Positions 17,996 through 25,800 of a stretch of 55,729 nucleotides of DNA are shown piece by piece (the first letter of the stretch is position 1; each line of letters begins with the position of its first letter). Below the pieces are notes generated by a model, which did no database searches, was not told the origin of the DNA, and was given only the letters and a program-made list of their open reading frames with translations. The translations under genes were made by a program, and so were the position numbers. The stretch spans positions 1-55,729 of IMG/VR virus record IMGVR_UViG_3300045988_139511; one strand, written 5' to 3'. Origin of the DNA: a virus.

Positions 17996-17999
17996 TTAT

Positions 18000-18707
18000 A
18001 TGAAATTGAGAAAGAAAATAGCTGTAGCTCTATTAGCTGGGCTATTGATAGCTGGAGGAGCTGTTATCTATTCAGATATTACAGCTCTAGTAGCTACTAA
18101 GAATATGCAAATAGAGGAGCTACAGGATAATGTAAATAATAAACAACAGGAGCTGGATAGTAAACAGGTAGAGCTGGATAGTAAACAGATAGAGTTGGAT
18201 AGTAAACAGGTAGAGCTGGACAATGTAAATAATAAAATGAGGCAACTAGAGGAGGATAAGGAGGCTATATGGCAGGAGCTAAATAATAAGAGCAAAAAGC
18301 TGGAACAGTTTGAGGCCATACTGTCCTCCTCTGTTATTAAGATAACGCTGGAGGAGCTTGACCTGTTTTTTAGATTAGTTGAGGCTGAGGCAGGCAACGA
18401 GAGTATGAGGGGCAAGATAGCTGTGGCCAACGTAGTTATCAATAGAGTTAGAGATAGTAGATACCCCGATACTGTTAAGGGTGTTATATACCAGCCACAT
18501 CAATTCGAGCCAGTAATAAACGGACATATAAATAAAACAGCTCCAGCAGATAGTAAGGAGGCTGTATTGAGAGCTTTAAGAGGGGAGCAAGTAGTACCAG
18601 CTGATACTATTAGCTTTTGGGCTACATATCTAGATAGTTCCCACGAGCTTTGGAGCCTGCCTATTACGGCGAGGATAGGAGTACACGTATTCACTAATAA
18701 ATATTAA
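18000..18707 (+). CDS. Membrane-anchored SleB/CwlJ-type cell-wall hydrolase with a coiled-coil repeat
   Basis: N-terminal TM segment, ELDSKQ(V/I) tandem repeats, and a C-terminal VEAEAGNES...AVANVVINRV...QPHQFEPV Hydrolase_2 signature. Confidence 0.7.
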   Translation: MKLRKKIAVALLAGLLIAGGAVIYSDITALVATKNMQIEELQDNVNNKQQELDSKQVELDSKQIELDSKQVELDNVNNKMRQLEEDKEAIWQELNNKSKKLEQFEAILSSSVIKITLEELDLFFRLVEAEAGNESMRGKIAVANVVINRVRDSRYPDTVKGVIYQPHQFEPVINGHINKTAPADSKEAVLRALRGEQVVPADTISFWATYLDSSHELWSLPITARIGVHVFTNKY

Positions 18708-18885
18708 GGGGGCATATTATGAAGGTAATAGAGCTAAAGGATAGGAAAGTAAGAGAATTAACACATAGTCAATTTATAGTATATACGGAGCAGGTAAGAG
18801 CAGGAAAGAGCCACGACGAGGCTTTGAAATATTGCTTAAATAACGAGTTAAATGTAGCAGATTTTCTGTATAACAATTTAAAGGA

Positions 18886-18909
18886 GAGGAGCCATTAAGC
18901 TCCTTTTTT
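18886..18909 (+). terminator. Intrinsic terminator
   Basis: GGAGC..GCTCC hairpin plus T6. Confidence 0.7.
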
Positions 18910-18957
18910 ATTGTCTCAAACTTTCTTAAAAAAGTTTAATTTTTTTTATAAAAAATA

Positions 18958-18986
18958 TTGACACATTTGAGACAGTAGTATATAAT
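18958..18986 (+). promoter_or_regulatory. E-class early promoter E2
   Basis: TTGACA 18958-18963, CATTTGAGAC, 17-nt spacer, TATAAT 18981-18986; GTCTCAAA inverted copy at 18911. Confidence 0.8.
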
Positions 18987-19056
18987 AATATATGTAAGGT
19001 GGTTGAGACACCTGAGACACACACACAAAACAAACAGATTAAAGGAGAGATTAACA

Positions 19057-19572
19057 ATGATGAAATTTGGAGCAAAAGTAGAAATGAGATTAAATGGGAA
19101 AATAGTAGCTGGAGTAGTTTATGACTATAACGCTGATATGAGCAAAATATGGGTAGAAACTACTGAGGATATATATGTAGTTAATGCTGAGGACGTAACT
19201 GTAGTTACTGAGCCAGCTAAGCACCCTAGAAAAGCTAAAAAGGTAGCGTCAGGTTCTTTAGAGTTCGGTACTATGATTACTGAGGATATATTCGGAGAAA
19301 GAGAGGCTAGATACCAAACAGCTTACTTTACTATAAAATCAAATAAACTAACAGCTGAGGAGCTAGAGGCTTTATATGATAAAGCTGAGGAGCTATTACT
19401 AGCTGAGTTAGAGGACGTAGTAGACTGTTCTCGTACAGGTTGCCCTGTTATAGAAGATAACTACTACGGAGACGCTATAGAGTTTACAGCTGACCACGGT
19501 TGTATAACTGAGGCTAAGGCTGAAATTAAAAAGGCATGGAAGGGTGTAAAAGCTCAACTAGGTCTTAGATAA
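19057..19572 (+). CDS. Early hypothetical protein
   Basis: AAGGAGAG SD then ATGATG at 19057. The track start at 19003 would run through the promoter leader. Confidence 0.6.
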   Translation: MMKFGAKVEMRLNGKIVAGVVYDYNADMSKIWVETTEDIYVVNAEDVTVVTEPAKHPRKAKKVASGSLEFGTMITEDIFGEREARYQTAYFTIKSNKLTAEELEALYDKAEELLLAELEDVVDCSRTGCPVIEDNYYGDAIEFTADHGCITEAKAEIKKAWKGVKAQLGLR

Positions 19573-19599
19573 TTATAGGGGGCTAAATGCCCTCCGTAA

Positions 19600-19617
19600 C
19601 CGAATATTAATAATCAA
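19600..19617. promoter_or_regulatory. 18-bp AT palindrome (copy 2, CCGAATATTAATAATCAA)
   Basis: 16/18 match to the family consensus. Confidence 0.45.
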
Positions 19618-19645
19618 AAAAATTAAAAAAATTATCTCAAAATTA

Positions 19646-19674
19646 TTGACACATTTGAGATTGTGTAGTATAAT
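19646..19674 (+). promoter_or_regulatory. E-class early promoter E3
   Basis: TTGACA, 17 nt, TATAAT. ATCTCAAA/TTTGAGAT inverted repeat brackets the -35. Confidence 0.8.
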
Positions 19675-19767
19675 AATAAATGTAGTGAGGGACACGGTAC
19701 CAGCTCAGCAGGAGCGACACAGATACGAGAAACTACAAATTAACACACAAATCAGAGGAGAGAAATA

Positions 19768-19950
19768 ATGAAGAAATACAGAGGACATTTAGAAATATAT
19801 TTGGAGGCTGAGCTGTGGGATACAGATGCTGTGGAGCTTAAATGTGTCGACTTATTCGGAGCTGTTCAAGAGCTGGCTGGAGTAGTTAGTAGATTACAGA
19901 AAAACTACGGAGAGAGCTTTACTATAAAGAGCTTTTTAAGGGAGGTATAG
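19768..19950 (+). CDS. Early hypothetical protein
   Basis: GAGGAGAG SD; 60 aa. Confidence 0.5.
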   Translation: MKKYRGHLEIYLEAELWDTDAVELKCVDLFGAVQELAGVVSRLQKNYGESFTIKSFLREV

Positions 19951-19953
19951 GAT

Positions 19954-20271
19954 ATGAGTAATAGAGACAGAATAGAAAAGGCTGTAATAGCCTTAGGATA
20001 TGAGATAGGCTGTTATAGTAGCCTAATGGATAAATTATCTCAGGTAGCACTTAAAAAGGTACTGGCTGAGATAGAGCAGGACTACAGCGACGTATTTATT
20101 AATATAGATAGAAAGTTACATATAGTAGAGATAGCTACAGTAGATAACGAGAAAGATTTTACAGTATGGTCTGCTATAGAGTATTTTAGTAACTACGGTA
20201 ATTTAGAGGACGCCCTAGACAATGGAAACATTACAGAGAGGCAATACCAGCAGATAAAGAGCTGTATATAG
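19954..20271 (+). CDS. Early hypothetical protein
   Basis: 105-aa ORF with a GGGAGG SD. Confidence 0.55.
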   Translation: MSNRDRIEKAVIALGYEIGCYSSLMDKLSQVALKKVLAEIEQDYSDVFINIDRKLHIVEIATVDNEKDFTVWSAIEYFSNYGNLEDALDNGNITERQYQQIKSCI

Positions 20272-20273
20272 AG

Positions 20274-20296
20274 AGAGCCGAAAAGGCTCTTTTTTA
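20274..20296 (+). terminator. Intrinsic terminator
   Basis: AGAGCC..GGCTCT hairpin plus T6. Confidence 0.75.
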
Positions 20297-20332
20297 TTGT
20301 CTCAAATCTTCTCAAAAATATTTTAAAAAATA

Positions 20333-20361
20333 TTGACACATTTGAGATTATACTGTATAAT
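20333..20361 (+). promoter_or_regulatory. E-class early promoter E4
   Basis: TTGACA 20333-20338, 17 nt, TATAAT 20356-20361. Confidence 0.8.
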
Positions 20362-20452
20362 AAATAATGTAATCAGGGAACGGAACCAGCTGAAAACAGC
20401 GACACAGAGACAATGGCTACAGAGAACACACAAATCAGAGGAGAGATTAACA

Positions 20453-20755
20453 ATGACAAAGAAAATGACTAAGAGAGAGTACAATAAGGAATTAACTATA
20501 TTAGAGGCTAAACTAGCTGAGGTTAGAGCAGAGCTAGAAAAAGAAAAACTAGTAATAAGGGAGCTAATAACTACAGGAGCTAACTGCGATAACTCTATAG
20601 AGCTAGTAAAAGCTGGCGAGAGGGCTAACAAGCTAGTAGATAAAAAATGTGAAATTACGGAGGCTATACAAGTTTTAGAGATAGCCTATAGTCGTAGAGA
20701 CTGGTCTTATTGTGATTATGTACTAAATGAATTGGTAGGATTAAATATAGATTAA
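20453..20755 (+). CDS. Early hypothetical coiled-coil protein
   Basis: GAGGAGAG SD then ATG 20453. The track start at 20333 coincides with the promoter. Confidence 0.55.
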   Translation: MTKKMTKREYNKELTILEAKLAEVRAELEKEKLVIRELITTGANCDNSIELVKAGERANKLVDKKCEITEAIQVLEIAYSRRDWSYCDYVLNELVGLNID

Positions 20756-20760
20756 TAGAA

Positions 20761-20785
20761 GGGAGCTAAGTAGCTCTCTTTTTTG
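20761..20785 (+). terminator. Intrinsic terminator
   Basis: GGGAGC..GCTCTC hairpin plus T6. Confidence 0.7.
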
Positions 20786-20888
20786 TTGTATCATTTTTTA
20801 ATACAACCTCCAGCAGATAGAGCCAAAGGACCCAGTAAAAATAATTTAGTAGATACCAGCTGTAACAGGGGCCACGGTCTCAAACTGT

Positions 20889-20906
20889 ATTAAATATTAA
20901 TAATAG
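20889..20906. promoter_or_regulatory. Degenerate copy of the 18-bp AT palindrome (ATTAAATATTAATAATAG)
   Basis: Core ATATTAATAAT retained, ends mutated. Confidence 0.3.
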
Positions 20907-21121
20907 TTTTTTATAGACATAAATACAGCAGGTGCTGGAGCTATTAGTATTACTACGCTGTAGGACATAAGCAATAAACACGCTCTGTAATTTTGTTTTA
21001 AATTTTAATATAAGTATCAAAGTATAAATATTAGATTTTAAAAAATCTGAGAGCTTGTTTACTGTCAGAATTGATACTAAGCTATATTAAATTTTAATAC
21101 AGACAAAAACAGTATAATTTT

Positions 21122-21150
21122 TTGACGTGTTAGAAAAAATCTAGTAAAAT
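21122..21150 (+). promoter_or_regulatory. Sigma-A-type promoter
   Basis: TTGACG, 17 nt, TAAAAT. Confidence 0.5.
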
Positions 21151-21176
21151 ATTACATATAGTAAGGAGCTGATAAT

Positions 21177-21362
21177 ATGAACTTTATGGAGCTAAAAATA
21201 GCTTTTAAACAGATAGGGTATGAGATATATAACGGTAGGGACTATAGAGGTACTGGGTACTTTATAGACGACGGTAGTAATGTTATCTATGCTGGCTCTA
21301 CTATACGGGAGGTTAATAATACATATGCAAATATAAAAAGGGATAGGAGAGATATGCAATGA
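21177..21362 (+). CDS. Hypothetical protein
   Basis: 61-aa ORF with an AAGGAG SD. Confidence 0.5.
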   Translation: MNFMELKIAFKQIGYEIYNGRDYRGTGYFIDDGSNVIYAGSTIREVNNTYANIKRDRRDMQ

Positions 21363-21508
21363 TAGAGAGACTACCAGTAGCTACGGCTCTAGTATTAGCT
21401 GGTTTAATATGTTTTATATTAAGTCAAAGACCAGCACTATCTAAAAAAGAAGAAAAAGAATTAAGAGAGCTGGACGGTATAATAGCTCGAACTTATGGGG
21501 GGAAATAA
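21359..21508 (+). CDS. Small single-pass membrane protein (49 aa)
   Basis: ATGA and TAATG overlaps couple it to both neighbours. Confidence 0.45.
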   Translation: MIERLPVATALVLAGLICFILSQRPALSKKEEKELRELDGIIARTYGGK

Positions 21509-21831
21509 TGAAAATATTTAAACTAAGGGACATAAAAAAGAGATACTATAGAGAGGCTATTAGAGCCTTTATAGATACGGCTGATATAAAAGACATTGAC
21601 AGCTTATGTAGAGCTGTAGAATTTAATAAGAGCTTAACTATGGAGGAGTATGGAGCTATATACTACGCTGTAGCTCATATGAGACAGAGATACCTAACAG
21701 CAGAGCCTAGAGTAGTAGTAGCTACTATGGACGCTATTAATGCTGGAGCTGTAGATAAATTTGAGGATACATTAAAGAGTAAGCAATATGAGGAGCTAGA
21801 GCTGGCTCCTTTTTATCGTCCTAAAACTTGA
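21508..21831 (+). CDS. Hypothetical protein
   Basis: 107-aa ORF. Confidence 0.55.
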   Translation: MKIFKLRDIKKRYYREAIRAFIDTADIKDIDSLCRAVEFNKSLTMEEYGAIYYAVAHMRQRYLTAEPRVVVATMDAINAGAVDKFEDTLKSKQYEELELAPFYRPKT

Positions 21832-21845
21832 ATAATAATAATCAA
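21828..21845. promoter_or_regulatory. 18-bp AT palindrome (copy 4, TTGAATAATAATAATCAA)
   Basis: Overlaps the stop codon of the upstream gene. Confidence 0.45.
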
Positions 21846-21864
21846 AAAATATATGTATAAAGTG

Positions 21865-21893
21865 TTGACACATTTGAGACATTAATATATAAT
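21865..21893 (+). promoter_or_regulatory. E-class early promoter E5
   Basis: 29 nt identical to E1. Confidence 0.8.
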
Positions 21894-22003
21894 TAATTAT
21901 GTCAGGAGGAGCTGATAGGAAAACTAAATAAAGACCTGAGGTCTTTACTGGTATATATAGCTCTAACTGAGAATATTACACACAAAACGAGGAGAGATTA
22001 AAT

Positions 22004-22219
22004 ATGGAGAACAAAGAACAATACATGAGAGAGATTAGAAAGAAAAGAGCTAGACTATTAGCTAAGAAAAGAAGAAAAATAGAAAGACTGGAGCTACTAG
22101 TAAAGACAGGTCTAGGAATAGCAGGTACAGGAATATTTTATTTATTCTTTGGTTATATCGGATTATCAATAGTAGGAGCCTATGCAATGATTAAGAAGTA
22201 CATAGAAATAGCAGAATAG
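22004..22219 (+). CDS. Early small membrane protein
   Basis: Basic N-terminus followed by hydrophobic segments. Confidence 0.55.
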   Translation: MENKEQYMREIRKKRARLLAKKRRKIERLELLVKTGLGIAGTGIFYLFFGYIGLSIVGAYAMIKKYIEIAE

Positions 22220-22226
22220 AAAATAC

Positions 22227-22250
22227 GGAGCCAGCTGAGGCTCCTTTTTT
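22227..22250 (+). terminator. Intrinsic terminator
   Basis: GGAGCC..GGCTCC hairpin plus T6. Confidence 0.75.
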
Positions 22251-22488
22251 ATTATCAATTTATCAGTATAGAGCCTATTTATTAACAGTTTCTTAAATTT
22301 AATGCGACATACTTATAATGGGTACCCTGTCGCAAGCTAGTAGGCGAAAGAAAACTCCTGAAAACTACTGCCCTAAACTACTGTTAAAACAGTAAAACTA
22401 AACAGAAAACTAACAGAAAACTAAACAGTAAAAAACACCTACAAGCTAGTAAATATCTGCTTTTGAGATAGATTAGTAGCTTGTAAAA

Positions 22489-22528
22489 AACTGGTTTATA
22501 ACTGGTTAGAATAAAGTATTAACTGGTT
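22489..22528 (+). repeat. Three phased AACTGGTT boxes (11- and 21-bp spacing) upstream of the terS-like gene
   Basis: 22489, 22500 and 22521; preceded by about four 12-bp CAG(T/A)AAAACTAAA repeats at 22400-22440. Confidence 0.6.
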
Positions 22529-22559
22529 AGATAAACCGTATAAAGGAGGATAAAAATAT

Positions 22560-22934
22560 ATGGGTAGAGAGAGACTGACTGCGACACAAAAAAAGGCTAT
22601 CGAGTTGCTAGTTATGAAAGATATAGAAAGGAAAACTAATAATCAGATAGCCGAGGAGTTAGGTGTAGATAGAGCCACGCTTTATCGTTGGAAGAATAAG
22701 CCTGAATTTAACGACGCTCTTATAGAGAGAGCTGAGGAGTTTAACAGGTCTTTTTTACCTGATACATATAGTACGCTTAGAAATATTATGGCCTATGGAC
22801 AAGACGCTCATAAGCTAAAGGCTATAGAGCTAATGCTTAAAAATCAGGGTAGACTTAAAGACGTACAGGAACAGACTACTACAGTTAAGGCTGAGGTATC
22901 TACAGAGGACGTACTAAAGGAGCTAGGGCTATAA
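22560..22934 (+). CDS. terS: HTH protein of the phBC6A51/terminase-small-subunit type
   Basis: LTATQKKAIELLV...NNQIAEELGVDRATLYRWKNKPEFNDAL. Confidence 0.45.
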   Translation: MGRERLTATQKKAIELLVMKDIERKTNNQIAEELGVDRATLYRWKNKPEFNDALIERAEEFNRSFLPDTYSTLRNIMAYGQDAHKLKAIELMLKNQGRLKDVQEQTTTVKAEVSTEDVLKELGL

Positions 22935-23091
22935 CAGGTGCTTTTAAGGGGTACCTATTTTATGGGTTGGATATGGACTTAATAATAGAGCTAAATAATA
23001 GAGCTTTATTTGTAGTCTTTATCCAGCTCTTTTTTTTATACCTTTTTACTGTCTCAAAAGCGTACAAATGATACTGAAAAGTTATTAAAAA

Positions 23092-23264
23092 TTTGAGGGC
23101 TATTAAATGGCTTAACTCTGTAAAAACTTTTAAACTTTTAATCTATTTGAGACAAAGTTTGAGACTTGAAGAAAAAATATAAACTTTTTAGAGCTTTTGT
23201 ATCATTTTTTGAGAGTTGAAAATTTTTTGTATATTTTTTATAGTTGAGACAATGAGACAGAGAC
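23092..23264 (+). repeat. Cluster of about 7 direct TTGAGAC-type half-sites in a non-coding AT-rich tract
   Basis: 23092, 23146, 23158, 23208, 23243, 23253, 23260; same core as the E-class operator. Confidence 0.55.
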
Positions 23265-23382
23265 AGCAGGTACTGGCTCCAGCAGATACCCACGGAGGGG
23301 GATAGCCCCCTAATATTTCCCAAAATAAAGCCTATTGAAAATATCTATAGTAAAAATAACTCAGCTACCAACAGCTACCAAC

Positions 23383-23413
23383 TGTAACGACCAGTCTAAT
23401 TTATTTGTATTAA
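23383..23413 (+). promoter_or_regulatory. M-class promoter (M8)
   Basis: TGTAAC 23383-23388, 19 nt, TATTAA 23408-23413, TGTAAC box follows. Confidence 0.6.
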
Positions 23414-23459
23414 TAGTTGTAACAAGTAAATTACTAATAAAAAGACAGGAGGTGGATAT

Positions 23460-23642
23460 ATGAATTTAGTAGATAACTATGTAACAAAAGTACTAAGCAG
23501 AAAAGAGGTAGACCTTAACGGTGAGCCGTGGGTAATTTATAGAGTAATAGCTGTAGCTTACGGTCATAACGCTGTATGTACTTTATCATATCCAAAGACT
23601 GAGGAGCCTGAGGTAAAAGTAGGCTTTAAATTTTTAGCATAA
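23460..23642 (+). CDS. Hypothetical protein
   Basis: 60-aa ORF with an AGGAGG SD. Confidence 0.5.
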   Translation: MNLVDNYVTKVLSRKEVDLNGEPWVIYRVIAVAYGHNAVCTLSYPKTEEPEVKVGFKFLA

Positions 23643-23657
23643 AGCGAGGACGTATAT

Positions 23658-24464
23658 ATGAAACAGATAAGACATAAAAACACATTAACAGCTACAGAAC
23701 TAGAGGAGCTACTGGCTACAAAGGCATTTACTCCGGTAATAAATGAGCTAACGCCTGAGGAGAATAAAGCTCCCGAGGTTACGGCCTTTGAGAGTATAAA
23801 CCTTTTTAGATATTCTATCGAGGACTACAGGGAGGAGTACAATACTAAAAAGCTACCTACGGCTTACGAGTACGCTGAGGCGTATCAGAGGCATACAAAG
23901 CGTATCATATTATCAAAGAACTTTAAGCGTATGACAGGCTGGAAATACCGATATACTAAGGCGCTACATAAAGCTATATGGAATAGAGCTACTAGGGCAT
24001 ATATAAGCTATATGATAGAGTATCACGCTAAACTAGTATTACAGGGGATAGCTGGAGTAGAAGTGGTATCCAGTAAGAGGCTAGACCTTAAAGGTATTGA
24101 CCTGCTGGTACGTGATTATAGACTAGGTGTACAGGTGCCAGTACATATTTATAAATGCAGTAGCTCAGGCCTTGTCTACAGATATAAAAAAGAGGGAAAG
24201 CTCTTACAGTTTAAGAGAGAAAAAGGGCGTATCTATGCTAGGGCTAGCTGGACTAAATTTGATAATAAAATATACAGCAAGAGAAACACTACAGCTCACT
24301 TAAATTTATTCTATCAGGACGTAGAGCAGGATAATGGACTAGTAAATAATATTAATGGATACCCTTTATTAAAATCGGGGTATATAAGAACTAGATACAA
24401 GGAGTTTATATCAGTAAAATGGGCGTATCTAAATAACTTATTTGATAGATATGTAACTAAATAA
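23658..24464 (+). CDS. Hypothetical protein (268 aa)
   Basis: Long ORF with no motif I recognise. Confidence 0.6.
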   Translation: MKQIRHKNTLTATELEELLATKAFTPVINELTPEENKAPEVTAFESINLFRYSIEDYREEYNTKKLPTAYEYAEAYQRHTKRIILSKNFKRMTGWKYRYTKALHKAIWNRATRAYISYMIEYHAKLVLQGIAGVEVVSSKRLDLKGIDLLVRDYRLGVQVPVHIYKCSSSGLVYRYKKEGKLLQFKREKGRIYARASWTKFDNKIYSKRNTTAHLNLFYQDVEQDNGLVNNINGYPLLKSGYIRTRYKEFISVKWAYLNNLFDRYVTK

Positions 24465-24486
24465 TATATTTGTATCATTTATTGAT

Positions 24487-24581
24487 ACAGGTTGTTTTAA
24501 TAGCTGGTACGTAAGTACATATATATAACTGTATTATTATTTCTATAGATATATATACTATATGTACCAGTAGCTGTAACA
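24487..24581. repeat. Dispersed repeat locus A (blocks R1, R3, R2) shared with 49471-49580
   Basis: R1 24487-24510, R3 24509-24524, R2 24563-24581. Confidence 0.7.
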
Positions 24582-24687
24582 AATAAAACAGCGTATCTAT
24601 ACCCTAGTTAGGTCAGAAAAATGGCGTATCTAATTACTAGCTGTTAGTACCTAGTACCTAACTACTTTAATATATAGGAGGTTTAAT

Positions 24688-24990
24688 ATGTTAGAGCAGA
24701 CTATACTAGAAAAAATAAACCAGCTGGAGCAACAAATACTAGTACATTCTATAATGTATTACAGATTAGGAGCCAGCATATGGGACGACTTTATGTATGA
24801 TAGAAAAGCTAAGGAGCTACAGAGTCTAATAGAGGCTAATCCTGATGAGTTTAAAGCGAGTATATTATATAATGACTTTAAATTATTTAGCTGGGAGAGT
24901 GGATATGACCTACCGTTATGGGACAGCCATTACACAGCTGTAGCCATATGGTTGGTTGAGTATCATAAGCAACAGGGAGGAACTGTATAA
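24688..24990 (+). CDS. Stand-alone protein resembling domain Ia of NAD-dependent DNA ligase
   Basis: INQLEQQILVHSIMYYRLGASIWDDFMYDRKAKELQSLIEANPDEF parallels the LigA N-terminus by eye. Confidence 0.4.
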   Translation: MLEQTILEKINQLEQQILVHSIMYYRLGASIWDDFMYDRKAKELQSLIEANPDEFKASILYNDFKLFSWESGYDLPLWDSHYTAVAIWLVEYHKQQGGTV

Positions 24991-25004
24991 ACATAGTAGG
25001 GGGA

Positions 25005-25030
25005 GGAGCTTAACGGCTCTTTTCTTTTTT
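25005..25030 (+). terminator. Intrinsic terminator
   Basis: GAGC..GCTC hairpin plus a T-rich tail. Confidence 0.65.
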
Positions 25031-25039
25031 ATCTCTGTT

Positions 25040-25057
25040 TTGATTATTATTATTCAA
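25040..25057. promoter_or_regulatory. 18-bp AT palindrome (copy 5, TTGATTATTATTATTCAA)
   Basis: Its centre lies about 64 bp upstream of the inferred E6 start. Confidence 0.45.
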
Positions 25058-25077
25058 AAAATATTTTCAAAAAAGTA

Positions 25078-25106
25078 TTGACACATTTGAGACGATAATA
25101 TACAAT
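25078..25106 (+). promoter_or_regulatory. E-class early promoter E6
   Basis: TTGACA, CATTTGAGAC, 17 nt, TACAAT. Confidence 0.75.
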
Positions 25107-25224
25107 TAATATTGTCAGCAGGAGCTACAGCTGATACGGCTACTCAGCCACAACAGAGCGACCAGCTCTCAGAGGTGCCAGCCTCACACACTAAACAGAT
25201 TTTAAAGTAAAGGAGATAGATATA

Positions 25225-25680
25225 ATGGAAAAGATATTATTTAAGTTTATGAAAGCAAAATACAACGAGGCTGTTAAGACTGGTAAAGTAAGAGGGCAAG
25301 TAGCTGAGTATATCAACTACGGAGACTGGAGATTAGAGATTAACTTTGTATATGAGACAATAAAGGTAATAACACCAACTAAAAACATAGTACACAGCGT
25401 AGAGCTGTTTGAGGCTGTACTGGACGCTATCTTAACAGGAAATACTAAATATATAGATAAGCTAGTAAGCGCTGTAAAAATAGCAAATAACAGAGGCGTT
25501 AAGGTAAAGAGGGCTGATGGAGACATTAAAATAACTGACGCTTACTTTAGAGCTGACGGTACTATAGGAATATGGGTACAGATTTATGATAAAGAAAGTG
25601 AGAGAGGCTATCGTAGACGTACTACTACTGTAGACTATGATAACTTTATAAATACAATGGAGATAGCTGGAGCTTTATAG
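25225..25680 (+). CDS. Early hypothetical protein
   Basis: 151-aa ORF with an AAGGAG SD. Confidence 0.6.
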   Translation: MEKILFKFMKAKYNEAVKTGKVRGQVAEYINYGDWRLEINFVYETIKVITPTKNIVHSVELFEAVLDAILTGNTKYIDKLVSAVKIANNRGVKVKRADGDIKITDAYFRADGTIGIWVQIYDKESERGYRRRTTTVDYDNFINTMEIAGAL

Positions 25681-25715
25681 CTCCTACTCCTGAAAAAATA
25701 TTTTAAAATTTACTA

Positions 25716-25744
25716 TTGACACATTTGAGACATTGCTATATACT
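25716..25744 (+). promoter_or_regulatory. E-class early promoter E7
   Basis: TTGACA, CATTTGAGAC, 17 nt, TATACT. Confidence 0.75.
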
Positions 25745-25800
25745 AAGCACATAAAGTAAATGAGACAAAAGACACACACAGATTAAAGGAGAGATATAAT

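Noticed and set aside
18720-18851. 43-codon ORF after the SleB-like gene
   Set aside because: It is short with a weak SD context and ends well before the terminator. I kept it out of the feature list as unsupported.
19003-19056. Longer N-terminal extensions given by the ORF track for 19003-19572 and 20333-20755 (also 14691, 31898, 35398, 53759, 6663, 3095)
   Set aside because: The extensions start at non-ATG codons inside promoter or leader sequence. In each case an internal ATG lies 6-10 nt after a strong GGAGG-type SD.
23138-23323. 61-aa minus-strand ORF in the large intergenic region
   Set aside because: It has no SD and an odd composition, and it overlaps the TTGAGAC repeat cluster. I treat it as non-coding.
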